From NCBI GenBank assembly GCA_017499595.2, contig CM039007.1, forward strand, positions 1,054,001 through 1,118,000: a DNA stretch of 64,000 bases, in the 5' to 3' direction. Both the position numbers and the translations under genes were made by a program. The notes under the pieces are model-generated. The model was given only the letters and a program-made list of their open reading frames with translations. It searched no databases and was not told the origin of the DNA. Within the stretch, counting starts at the first letter, position 1. Every line of letters starts with the position of its first letter. Below, in pieces: positions 24,571-37,320 of this stretch. The DNA is from Psilocybe cubensis. Taxonomy: Eukaryota.

Positions 24571-26153
24571 ATGGTCAACCTTCCATACGAACTATGGCTC
24601 CATGTCAGTTTCTATCTGACTGAGGAGGAAATATGGGAGATACGAAATCTTAACAGGATTCTACGTAGCATTGCTTTTGATAGATGCGGTTTCAAAATAT
24701 CTGTATCGATGCAAGATATATACTCTAGAAAATACCGCCATCGGTTTTCGCTGTTGAGGTGAGTGTCTCTGCCACGTATTCAAATTTGTTCCATGGATTG
24801 ATTATACACCACCGAAAGACCAAGAGCGCCATGCGTGTACGAGCTAGAGGTTCTCAGTGTTGCCCCTAAAATCGCAAAAACGGCGTCATCTCGAGAGAAC
24901 GTACTTTCCATCCTCGGTAAATCCTGCCGAAATCTAGTGAAGAGCGACAGGGACGCGGTATCCAATACCCTTTTGACCTTCACTGAAGTCAGACATGCAG
25001 TGTTGGAATTTGACTTCTTTCAGGAAATATCTTTCAGCAAACTCGTGCGCCTTTTGCAAAACTGCTTACTTCCTTCAGCAAATTGTCTAAAGTCGCTCGA
25101 GATATCATATCCTATGGATTTCATCGCGCAAACTCTATCAACGACTCTTTTTTTCCCTCACCTGGAATCGTTTACTGTGACATTGTTCACTCATTACAAA
25201 GCTGTCCTAGCTGAGAGACTTAGGATCTTCAATACGACGGCTGCACCGGCACTAGTGTCATTCATTAATCGACATCGACTGACGTTGACCACTTTGAAGA
25301 TGTGGTTTCTACCCTTCCGCAAGTCAACGGGTAACTTTGGAAGGTCAATTTCTACAAATTTCAAACTGTCGCGGCTGTTTGCCTTACTAGAGCACATCCC
25401 AAAACTGAACACGCTGTCAATCAGCATTGCAGGATCTACCAATGTGGAATGTATCTTTCGCTTTTTCGAGATGCATTTGACAACTCTCGCAAATCTGACC
25501 ATTGTTATGGATCGTATAATCCCCAATTCAACACAAGGATTTTTTCAGTTTGAACTATCCTTTCCCAAGCTCGAAGATTATCAAAGATCCACCCCGGAAT
25601 GTGAACTCCAAAAAGTGTCTTCCCTGGTATCCATCGAGCTACGCAACTCCATGCACACTGAAGAAGAATTTCTCACCATCTTCAATCCGGCAGTGTCTTA
25701 TCACAAACTCAAAGACTTGCGGATATCACTCAAGATTCTTACTCTGGACATATTGGATATTTTTTCTCTTCACCTTCCCAACCTTCACAGCCTTGAGCTC
25801 GATGTTGAATTTCTTAGATCTCGGTTCAAAGGATATGCGACGATCGATGAACGGGAAGAAAACGAAGTGAGCTTGGATCCTTTGTTTTTCTCTGATAAAA
25901 TGATTGATGATGGTTGATTTAGTTTTGCACAGGCATAAAACAGCGCGACTATAGCCGCTGGAGTCTCAAACATATGATATTGATAGTAGGAGATGAACCA
26001 CGGGGAAGTTATATCTCTAACGGGACAGCAGCTGTCGCTGAGGTTATGTCTTCTTTGGAAACATTTAACGACATGCCATGGGAAAGGTTTATTCAGCATG
26101 CAAGACAAGTTGCAGTTCCACAATACCACTATGTAACAAGATGGGTAATGTAA
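24571..26153 (+). CDS. F-box/LRR-like protein, paralog 4
   Basis: LPYELWLHVSFYLTEEEIW F-box, the same two intron positions as its paralogs, and close similarity to paralog 3 (IVKSDRDAVS, PAVSYHKLK). Open to TAA at 26153. Confidence 0.82.
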
Positions 26154-27798
26154 CAGCAGATTTCAATTAAACTGCGCTACAGAAAGTCCCAGAATTCGAC
26201 CAGTGAAATTTATTATTGAAACGAAGCGGTTGACATTCAGTAATCGACCCGAAGAGCATGGGAGGCTGAGACTAAAGCTGGACAAGCAAGGTGCTCAAGA
26301 CACAAATAACACATCTTCCTGCGCCTTTACTGAGTGACGGCCGGGACATTTGGCCAGCAAAAATGAAAATAAAGCCGATTGGTACCGTCCAAATTGTAAC
26401 ACAAAGAGTTTGTATCTTTGTCTGATGGAGGCGTTCCAATGTTTACTGTCATATTCCGCTGGGAGATTCAAATATTTCTAAACTTTTCTCAATTGTTCAA
26501 CACATATTCACTCTATTAGCTTTAAAATTGGCACGCCTCCAGTACGGAATATTACCTTTTTAAATATCAAATCCAAGTACATATCTCAAGCGGTTGAAGC
26601 AGAGGAGCGTTTCAGCGACAACAAGTTCCCCAAATCAGAGAAATTCAAATCCTTTCGCCGCACGTAGTCATAGTGGCGATTCAAGGACAGACAGCAAACC
26701 ATCAGAATAATTAGTTATGACGTCGATGATCTAAAAATAATTCTTCTATTGTTTTTTTTGAAGCGCGTGATGGTGATCTGATTACATAGGCGTGGGAACC
26801 ATCCTCGATGCGGCCAAAAGACAATAAGGAGGGCTGGACGACATTCAATAAGAACAATAGCTATGGCTGGACAGAGCATTCCCCTCCTTTCTTCGACCTA
26901 CTATGACTGGATAACGCACATTCGAATCTCAGAGGATGTCCTACGCGAAGAGGCCCATAACTTGACTTAAAAGCGAATCTAGGAGGATGGTCATGGAGCT
27001 CTGGGCGTTTTAGAGTTGAAAGGGACGGGTACGGGCATATGGTGCGTTAGATAGGCAACATTTACTTGTTCTACTCTCAAGGGCTTTCTTGAAACAGGCT
27101 TTGGAAGCTTTGCCACTTGAATTGGGTTTCAAGCTAATTCGTTATCTTCCATCGACTGGGCCTCTTCACCATACTATCTACCGAAAATCAATTCATTTCC
27201 ACCACCTATTTCTCTCAATGTCATTTCATCTGTTATCATAGCATACTTTTGCGATGCGCCTTTTGGATTTGGCCTTGTTCTCATTCCAGAAACCGCAACT
27301 TCCCCAGGACTAGAATTCACTTCACGTGATGATATCCACACTAGCTGGACATCCGCATTTGGGCGTTCCTTTGTGATACCCCGCTTCATACACCGTGTTC
27401 CTATGATTCGCGCCGCCGAACGACACATTCTCCCACCATCGCGCTCCGTCCGTGCTATTTCGGCCCCCTTGCTTGACATCGTGACGCTATGGAACAAAGC
27501 AACGTCCGAAAAGGGATGTCGCTTTTGCTTATGTGAGATGGCTCTTTTGGGTGAAGGGACAAGGTCACATCCATACTGGGACAAGAAAATGTGAAGCTTC
27601 GAAGGGACTCTCAGGACAAGGAACAACCCAAACGCGTACAGGGAGGGATGTCGAGAGCAATTGCTCTTATACTGGACGAGGTGTCATTTTTTATCACCGC
27701 CTCCAGTTGATCTACCTTCGTGTACTCGAACGTTGTCGTCTCGGGCGCCCCTCCGCACACACTCCCCGACAGCGATACCACCCCATCTGTAGATCAGT

Positions 27799-29361
27799 AT
27801 GACTTACCCAAACGGCATCTTTTCCGCCTTCGCCTTTATTGGCTTCCTCATGTGCAGCATTCCCCTCCCATGGCATCTAGAAGGTACACACTCTTCTTCA
27901 ATCTACTTTCGACGATCACATTACTTATATCCATCGTTTTATTAGCCTGGAACACAGGAACCTGTCTGTACATGGTGTGGACTGGTCTGTCTTGCCTCAA
28001 CCAGTTTGTCAACTCCGTCGTATGGAATGACAACGCAATCAATTGGTCTCCAACTTGGTGTGATATCTGTAAGTCCTCGAGGATTTTGTTTATCTTCGAA
28101 TTGCTTATCACTGTGTATTGTAGCATCGCGGTTCATCGTCGGCAGCGCCGTCGCCATTCCCGCAGCATCGTTGTGCATCAATCGTCGCTTGTATCACATC
28201 TCTTCAGTGAGGTCTGTGACTATCTCTAAGGCTGAGAAACGCCGCGACGTCATGGTCGATCTTTCCATCGGCCTCGGTATCCCTCTGGTAGAGATGATTC
28301 TCCGTATGTTGTTTTACCTGTTCTCTATCGATTTGTTTCTAATCGACTCTACAGAATATATCGTTCAGGGTCATCGATTCAATATCTACGAAAACGTTGG
28401 TTGCTACCCCTTCACATACAACACTTGGCCTGCCTACGTTCTTGTCTACTGCCCACCCATTGTGATTGGCATCATTTCCGGTATCTATGCCATCCTCAGC
28501 ATCATTCAATTCAACAAAAGCCGATCCCAGTTCAACGACCTTCTCTCTGGCCACAGCAACCTGACCTCCAGCCGATACGTTCGTCTGATGTGTCTCGCCG
28601 GTGTCGAAGTTCTTTGCACTGTCCCCATCGGTGTATATGCTCTTTCTCTCAACATCAGAACTGGCATCCAACCATGGATCAGCTGGGCCGACACTCACTA
28701 CGCCTTCTCTCGCGTCGATCAATTTCCCGCTGTCCTCTGGCGCTCTACCTCGGTCGGCGAGTCCTCGCTCGAGCTCTCTCGCTGGCTCGTCGTCGTCTGT
28801 GCTATCGTCTTCTTCGCCTTCTTTGGATTCGCCGACGAGGCTAAGAAGAACTACCGCTCCTACATGCAGTCTGTCGCCAAGCGCGTCGGTATCTCCACCG
28901 GCTCATTTGGCAGCAGCAGCGGCGCTTTCAGCTCGACCGGCTCGAAATCGAAAGTCATGGGTTCCAATGGCAAAGTCCGCCCTGTGCTCCCTACTTTTGT
29001 CCACCAGGACTTCCTCCGCCGCCACGACTCGATCGACTCATTCACAGACGTCTCATCAGCCTCGCTGCGCGACGTCAGCGGCCACCTCAACGAGAAGGGC
29101 GACCCGGAGAAACAGGAGGAATTCAACCCTACCCTTTCCTATAGCGGCCTCACTCTCTCTGATGTCGGCGGAACACTCAACGACTGCTCCGCACCACCCT
29201 ACTCTCCCGCTCCTTCTCTAGGCGCATCGTCCTCTGCATCCTCATTGACTGTGCCTGAGCCCGCACGCACTCGCTCCAATTCCAACGCCTCCACACCGTC
29301 TTCGCAGGTGCCCATCCTCTCAGATTCAAAATCAAAATCGAATACACCAGATATCGTCTGA
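27799..29361 (+). CDS. STE3: STE3-type pheromone receptor #2
   Basis: MTYPNGIFSAFAFIGFLMCSIPLPWHLE-AWNTGTCLYMVW, NSVVWNDNAINWSPTWCDI, AIPAASLCINRRLY, YIVQGHRFNIYENVGC, RYVRLMCLA, PWISWADTH and FFAFFGFADEAKKNY. Three introns. Confidence 0.95.
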
Positions 29362-30629
29362 GATGGATTCATGTGCCCTGCTTTATTCGTTCTTTCATAC
29401 CCCACTGTATCATTATTAGTTAACTCTCAACACCCACTGTAGCTATAGCGTCTTATCTTTCTCTCTCTTTTTCTTGGTTATTCTCCTCGCATTGAAAACC
29501 CTACTCCATATTTACAGGCTCGTTCGCATTTTAGTAATAGCGAGGTTCATAGATGTACACTCTTATAGAAGAGTTTACACCCACAAAATCAAACCACAGT
29601 TTAACCATCTATGTTTTGGCGTGAACATCATTAAGCCTTGGAACAATTGGATTAAAATAGACTTGGCCATTGACTGTTCTATTGTTGGTCGTTGAACTTT
29701 GTGGGTGACCCAGTTGTTTGGAGAGGCGGTATGGGTGCCATTATACCATTGTGCGATAGCCATTTGCTGGAAGTTGAAAGATTCGGATTTTCCTGATTTG
29801 TGTACTGCTTGGTACCGTCTTCCATGTTTGTATCCCGGGTCACACTACACTTTGACCTACATCGCTATTGTAGTGCCACTTTCAGTCCTGATAGCATAAT
29901 AGGCCAGCTTCGATACACATATTCAGATGGAAAGGTATACTATTTTCTTCCAATCCTTGCGTAGGTATTATTGTGTTGTTTCCATGTTCATAAGAGGAAA
30001 TTGAATCCCAACAGAACTTGCAGAGTGGCGAGTCAAGCACGGAAAGGGTCGAGTGCCCACAACCACTCGATCATTCTCCAATCACCTTCTCTATGATCTA
30101 AATCCAATTGTCATGTATATTATATTATTCCAGGATGCTCGATTATGAATGTGCCATTCCATTTTAATTGTTGGATGGTTCGTAGAACGTTCGAGGACGT
30201 GCTATCCATAGCTGAGTACATTCGAGTCATGGACAGAGGTGGAAATGTGTCTGACTCGTACAAGAATTTTGTGACAATTCAACAGAGGAAATTTGAAGTA
30301 CAATCAATGGTTTAAATTTGTGATAATATGACGATTTTTAATGATACAATTTGAATAATTTAATCAGCCTCAGAGGTCGGAACGATGTGTGAGATGAGAG
30401 GCAGAAGAAGCATGGGAGAAATCGAGTCGCCCACAAGAACCAATAAGAACGAATGTGGTATAGTGCTTAGGCACGTATTTGAAGAATAATTAAAGATGCA
30501 GATGGTATCTGAGTTGAAGACTTCGTGATTATTGATAGCTGACCTTTCATGTACAACATAAGCGCCCATGATCAAGTAGTTCCATAGCGTAAATAAACGT
30601 ACCGAGTTACAGAGACTATATTTGCGGCT

Positions 30630-30767
30630 CTATGCGACTGTGCAGAAGCCAGCGAAGCCAATTCGAGTGTCGGCGCTCGTCAACTCTTTCATCGAGTCGT
30701 CTGATTTGTTCCTGTCCACGGTCGGTATGGTAAACGGTGGGGAGGTATATTCTTTGAATACGTCCAT
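30630..30767 (-). CDS. Lipopeptide pheromone precursor A, 45 aa (not in the ORF track)
   Basis: Translates as MDVFKEYTSPPFTIPTVDRNKSDDSMKELTSADTRIGFAGFCTVA*. MDxF start and CaaX (CTVA). The mature region nearly matches precursor C. Confidence 0.9.
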   Translation of the reverse strand: MDVFKEYTSPPFTIPTVDRNKSDDSMKELTSADTRIGFAGFCTVA

Positions 30768-31582
30768 TTCACGGGAGGTAAAAGCTGATTTGAGATTAAA
30801 TTTTAGATTGGTTTACAGGAAGGTTTGCAGGAAATGAGGGGAAATTACAGCATATGTCGATTGAGATTATACCGTTCAAATAGCTCATCCTTTTCCCGAT
30901 GTGGGTTTTGGACAGGCCTATGCGACAGGATAGCAATTCTGGCGCTAATTGTTTCATCGAGCGGTTATTTCGATGACTGGTTAGAGCAGAGTGGCGACCA
31001 ACAATCCGATATGGGTGGTTTACCCTTCACGTCTACCTGTCTTAGCCGCCGGACAAAAAACACATACAGGTATTTGGAATGCAGGGCCAATGTCGGTATG
31101 CGTTGCAAGTGCCGCTGCCCAAGAACTAGTTCTCTGGAGAGCTGGGCCTTCATTACGTTGTTCCGAACGATGCCCATGCTTGACATTCAAGTTAAAGCCA
31201 ACTGGGTTAGCCTCAGGCAGGCTCCCCAGACCTAGTCGAGCAGAGGAACGGCATTTATCATGAAGTTTTCCGTCGTGATCGTGATCATGTCGCCAAAAAT
31301 ATGTCTTATATTACAAAATATTTACAAGTACATTCAAAGGTCTGGATAATAAGAACGAATGAGGGATCCTACTGACTGGAATGAACGAAAGACAACACGG
31401 TCTCATGTGGAGGTTGACAGTTGTTAAGTTACAGGGTTTTCTTGAATGCTGAAGTAAATAGAGACGAAATATTCTATTATGCTCTATTCGATGAATAAAT
31501 CGTCAGCATCAAAGTATTTCATCCTTAACTCGAGGCAGCTCTCACCCTGTGAAAGAGTTCCAGAGTATGACATAGTAATCGA

Positions 31583-31729
31583 CTAGGCGATTACACAAAA
31601 CCATGTTGGTCCACCTCCACTAGCTTTTATTCGGACCTCGTAGTCGGCAAAAGCCTGCCCCTCTTCCTCATGATTGGTTGAGAATTGGGGGGATATATCA
31701 GAGGGTGAGAAGGAAGTGAATGTATCCAT
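31583..31729 (-). CDS. Lipopeptide pheromone precursor B, 48 aa
   Basis: MDTFTSFSPSDISPQFSTNHEEEGQAFADYEVRIKASGGGPTWFCVIA*. MDxF start, acidic pro-region, CaaX CVIA. Confidence 0.92.
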   Translation of the reverse strand: MDTFTSFSPSDISPQFSTNHEEEGQAFADYEVRIKASGGGPTWFCVIA

Positions 31730-33269
31730 GTTGGAGAATTCGTAGATGTTCGAATTTATTTGAATGTAAGGTTGTGGGTATATTGAGTCTGTGAAGAAAA
31801 ACAACACCACTTTATGAAGTTCATGAGTACAATTACTGCTTTTAAATTGATTTGCCGAGCTATTATAATTGTCCTGTCGTCGCGCAATCGAACCCGATAC
31901 ACTGTTTCCAAGCTAATTTTTGACTATTGTAATGAGTATTTCATTATATTTGAGGCCATAGTTTTATTATCGTCGTTTTTCCAAAGTAAGAAATGACCAC
32001 AGCTATCTAATTGAGCAGAGAGTAGGCCCGTGCAAGGTCCAAGCGAGATGCACCAGGATTACATATGAGCTTTCCTAACACGGCTGAATCCTGGGATTTA
32101 TCCCAGCTTTAATAACATTCCTACTAGGTAAGTTTAATTCCATAAACAGAACATAATCCGATCGCAAACGGACGCGCCAAGTACGCGCCGCAGGCTATTT
32201 GCTTTATCACGTGGTGGGAATTTCAGTTGGTTCACGATATGGACCAAGCCTAACTTCATCTTTATCCCTTCAACGTTCTTCAACGTCCAACGATCGAGAA
32301 ACGCATGAATCTCCTTCAGTGTCTGCAGCTTTAGCTTGAAAAAAATTTACCATGATGTTTTTGAGCTTTATGAACGCTCTAGCCTGGTATTATCATCTGT
32401 TAAATATAAATATCTACGAATGTCACCGTCAAATTGATCACAAAGTTGTCTTCAACTCTGGCAACACTGACTATCATTCCCGAGTTACAGTTTTCTAAGA
32501 AAGTGTTACCCTGGAGAAAAGACTGCTGGATAATTGGATAACCTCACTCTGAGGTGCGACAGAAGTAAATGATTCCAGATCAATTTCATAAAGTTGTGTT
32601 ACAGGTGATATATACACTACTGTACATAAGATTCTGTGGGTAATGCGGTATCGATGTGTTGGATATTGGTATTGATATAAGTCTGGTATGATGATAGAAG
32701 ACGAAAAAAAAAAGATGAGAGAAACTGAGAGGATGTACGAAATGAGCGAAGTTGAGTGTGTTGGATGAAGGGACGCTAGTTGAATATAAAGCGATGCAGA
32801 AAGATAATGCGTTACTGATAGCTTGGTGAGAACAGACGTTTTATAACGCCTGGTAGGCTCGGCATCGCGTGTAAATGAGTGTAGAAGTCGTCCGCGTGAG
32901 AAGGGCAGAAGATGATGGATGATATGTTGCGCAGAGAGGAATGGCCGATGTCGTTGGTAAATGAACTTGAGAGAGGACATTTGACTGAGGGCGAATGATG
33001 GTGACAGGCGCAATGAGATGTGTGGAAAGTAGAGAGTAGCGGTAACGAGTGAGGGGAGGAAAGGTCGGAATGTGTAGACAGAGGGAGGGAGGGGAGTATG
33101 CGAGCTAATGCCAGCGAATAACTGAATGATAAATACGAGCGAAACCACCGGTTCTAGAAACGATAGAATGGAACATTATGAGCCCATAATCTTAGAGGAA
33201 ATAAACACAGAAACTCACGAGATGATGGGAGGTATCGCAGGCAAAGGCGACCTTGCCTTGGTAGACGAC

Positions 33270-33464
33270 TTAGGCAATGACGCAGAATCCAGCAAAGCCA
33301 ACACGAGTGTCAGAGTTCACTAGATCCTCCATGCAGTCATCAGGCTCAGCTCTTTCATCTGAGTCTAAGAAGGATGGGCGGGACACCGACGCAGAGTCGT
33401 TCTGGTCTTGATGACCGGCGCCGGTCTCAAGAAACTCGAAGGTGAAGTTTGTGAATGAGTCCAT
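33270..33464 (-). CDS. Lipopeptide pheromone precursor C, 64 aa
   Basis: MDSFTNF...DDCMEDLVNSDTRVGFAGFCVIA*. CaaX CVIA. Confidence 0.92.
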   Translation of the reverse strand: MDSFTNFTFEFLETGAGHQDQNDSASVSRPSFLDSDERAEPDDCMEDLVNSDTRVGFAGFCVIA

Positions 33465-34358
33465 TGTAGCGGGTAGTATAAAGGATGTCGCTTGATAACG
33501 AAGAGTATGAGGTATCTCTGGGAGGAGAAGGCAAAGGTCGCTCAGAAGAACGGAGAGGTAAAGTGCAGAGATTCTTCGTTACGGAAATGTCCCCTGAACT
33601 TTTACTTTTAATAAGTTGACCGTGGGAGTTCTCATTGATGGATAAATTTGGAGAACAATCTGGGAACAATCAGCATTGTATTAGATTTGTTCTTCTGACT
33701 CGATTATAATACCAAGATAATACATATCGGTCCCTCCCAGTTTCCGATCTATGGAGGTTTACGTTCACCCTTGCAGAGCATTCCTTGGGGATTTAGATTC
33801 TGAAGTCCAGACCGATTTCCGTCAATGGTCCACCATGGGCGGTCGGCTATCGTCATCCAATAAACACCCGCGTTACGTACAATAATGCATTCAATATATT
33901 TTTTAAGGTTTGGCGTTGAAATATAACCAAATATAACAATGTATTCAGGCTCATTGTTCTTAAGTCACGTATCTGTGACCTCGATAATTTTTGTGGTAAT
34001 ATAAGTATTACCTGCCATGGGCAGGTATTCTGGAATAACATAATTATTTCATATAATCTAGTACACAGTAGTAGACACAAGTATTGCGACGAAGCCGCAT
34101 TTTCGAGTAAATGATTGCAGCCATTGCTGCCACAATATAGTGTTATACAGCTGTTCGAACCCGCGGGAGTCACGAGTGTTCGAGATGATGTGGAAGATAC
34201 CAGATTACGTAACATTTTCATCATCGTTTCCAAATGCCCATTGTTCAAATCTACATTGTTTACCCTGAGAGCCAATCCGACATTCCAATGATACAAAGAG
34301 CTCTTCATAGAGGGCATATGCCTTTTTCTTAACCCCACAGTACGTTACTGACTCTCAT

Positions 34359-35833
34359 ATGGACCCAACATACCCGATCTTCACCACCTGTGCTTTCATC
34401 GGATGCCTCCTGGTCCTCATCCCACTGCCATGGCATCTACAAGCTCTGAACGCTGGGACGTGTCTTTTCATGATATGGACAGCAATTGCATGCCTTAACC
34501 AGTTTGTCAACTCGATCATCTGGCATGGTAATGCGCTCGACAAAGCACCTCTATGGTGTGACATATGTACGCACTTTCAATGTCGTCTCTTGTTCGAACA
34601 CCTACAATTCATCTTTCCAGCTACTCGTCTCACAGTAGGAATATCTGTTGCTATACCAGCCGCTTCGTTATGTATAAATCGACGGCTATACAAAATTGCA
34701 AGCTGTCAGACTGCCACGATCACATACTCTCAGGTTAGTTACTTAATGAATTTCGTTATTTGGTATAACACGCTTCCTATCATAGAGGAGAAGAGCTGTT
34801 TTCATCGACCTAGCGATTGGACTTGGAATACCAGCACTGCAGATGGCCCTCCGTACGACACTAATGTCTATCATTTACTGTTTTTTTCTGACCTGTATCT
34901 ATAGAGTTCATCGTCCAGGGCCATCGATATGATATATGGGAAGATATAGGATGTCTCCCTACCACAGTCAACACCCCCGCTGCCTACCCTTTATCATTTA
35001 TATGGCCTAATGTTATAAGCCTTATTTCTGCTGTTTACTGCAGTACGTATAATCCTCTTTCTATAATTATGTCGATTTCCCTTGAACTAATGATCCTTCT
35101 GCATATTCCTTAGCATTGACTCTGAGGGCATTCTTGCTGCGCAGAGCCCAGTTCAACCACATCGTGGCTTCTAATACCTCTCTCACGGTCAATCGTTATT
35201 TTCGACTCATGTGCCTTGCAACGACAGAGATTCTTGTTACTATTCCAATATCGAGCTACGGAGTTTATCTGAACGCCACCTCTGCACCGATTTACCCTTG
35301 GAAAAGCTGGTCAGATATTCATTATGACTGGTACACTCCCAACATTTATCCTGCAGTAATATGGCGGATGAGTCGCAAAGCCATCATTATTTTGGAGCTC
35401 AATAGATGGTTGCTCGTCTTTTGTGCTTTCATGTTCTTCGCATTTTTTGGCTTTGCAGAGGAAGCTCTGAAAAACTACCGCAGCTTTTATTGCAGTGTTG
35501 TCACTGCCATTGGCGTACATGCTCCTGGAGATAAAGCTGCTATCGAGTGAGGTTTATATTCTTTCATACACGCTAAAGTCGCTGATTGTTGTCTGGCTTT
35601 CTAGCAAAAAAAGGTACATACTGCCGTTAAGACGCACAGCAGAAACTTCTGTATCCTCCCGACAATGCCCATTAGATTCAACAATAGCACGAAGTGACTC
35701 ATGTTACTCATCTACGTCAACAAAATACTCAGCTACACTTCAACCATCTCCTTGCACTCCTCCCTCCAAGTTCGACTTCGAGAAATTTGGAACTCCGATT
35801 CATGACCCGGCGTTTAATCAGTCCGCGAAGTAG
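34359..35833 (+). CDS. STE3: STE3-type pheromone receptor #3; introns 34567-34620, 34734-34785, 34853-34904, 35043-35113, 35547-35604
   Basis: MDPTYPIF...LIPLPWHLQALNAGTCLFMIW, APLWCDI, AIPAASLCINRRLY, NRYFRLMCLA, PWKSWSDIH and FFAFFGFAEEALKNY. Confidence 0.95.
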
Positions 35834-36093
35834 CTCGAAATGTATTGCTTATAATTATATCTCAGTATTCATCATTTTTTGAAGAAATTATCGTTGTACA
35901 TATTTGGATTTTCCGTCTAAGGGTAATGTCGTTTGCAATACATAGTATGGCAATCTTGCTACAGATGCATCGTTTCTTCCTTCATGTAACATTGATCGCC
36001 AGCTTTGTTAGTATAAACGTCAAATTTTAAGTAAGTCAAGTTCAATGATGAGTGCAGAATCATTTACGGATAAGATAAGATATAGTTCGCTCT

Positions 36094-37320
36094 AAGGCTC
36101 CAACCGTTTCATTTGTTTATCGTTTGTAAACGGTATATATCATTTCGTTTAGTTTACGAGCCTTGCTAAACAGTTTACAAACATTTATAAACGGTTCAAA
36201 CGGTAACATATTTTTGTGCTAAAGTATATCTCTTTTTTGGACAATGATGGGTGCGTATTACATCAAATGATTCATTTTTTATTCTTTACACCAAACTAAT
36301 AACTCATTTGCACTCTTGTTTTGGTACCATTTTTGTACCAATTAAGTGCCGACTATTATATTCCTTGGCAAATGGGCCGCATTAGGACAAGTGATGCGTT
36401 GAACGCTGTTGAACGCCTGCCCCTTGTAGCTACCCTCGAGCTTACTGTTTACAAACATTTATAAACGTTTGTAAACTGTGCTCGGATAGTTTGCTCTTTG
36501 AGATTGAAAGAGTTAGGTGAAGTATAAAAGAAGAACAGAATATCCGCAGGTCACGTATATTCCGTGGGTGCGTAGGGCTTGGGCGGGTGGTCGGGAGCGA
36601 CCGAAGCATAGTCACGAGAAGTGACCGAGAACGAAACGAAACACGCAAACGCGCGGGTCGTGAAGAAACGAAAAGCGAGGAGATTGAATGGCCGCCAAAG
36701 GCCCTGAGCGCTTGGATTGAACCACTTGGAAATCCCAAACGAGAACCAACGGTGGCAGTACCAAACACTGGGAAAAAGGAGAAAAGGGAGAGGAGGGTGG
36801 GGTCGAAATTTGAAAAGTGGAGCGAGGAGAAAGGACGAGTGAAGCTGAACGAGTTTGAGGGCGAGCCGAGAAGGAGAGGGAAGAAAACGAGGCATGAAGT
36901 ATTATATAGGTGTACCTGTATATTGAATCTACAAGAAGAGCTTCGAGAAAACATGACAGGTGAGACCTGACGAGTGTCAGACTCAGGAACAGGAAGTACT
37001 GGAGAAGATCATTAAAACAGAAACGTGAAGAAGATGATCACAAACGAGCAATGACAATCCTCACTGATCCAAATTCCTATCGTGGTTTTTTATTAAAATG
37101 CTTGTAATCTGTAAAAAGTATCTGAAAAATTTGCGGTAACGTGCGTCCGAGACATAGCTTTAATGTACAAATCCAAGACTAAGACCTGAAGGAGAGAGAA
37201 AAAGGAGAGAAAATTGTAAGAAAAAAACTCAGATTCTGCCAGGCATCGCTTCGGCTCCGGGTCTTTTCAGACCTGGTAGATTGTTCCTGAAAACAGCCTT
37301 AAAACAGTGAAAAGCGAAAA
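36094..37320. mobile_element. Possible degenerate DNA transposon / MITE-like remnant
   Basis: Repeated gtttacaaacatttataaacg (about 36172 and 36447), the second forming a near-palindrome. Short inverted aaggctc...gagcctt. Followed by purine-rich, low-complexity sequence unlike the surrounding genes. No transposase recognised. Confidence 0.35.

Noticed and set aside
26167-26259. Minus-strand 30-aa ORF MLFGSITECQPLRFNNKFHWSNSGTFCSAV ending in a CaaX-like motif
   Set aside because: No MDxF start, acidic pro-region or processing motif, and it lies antisense to the 3' end of F-box paralog 4. Probably chance.
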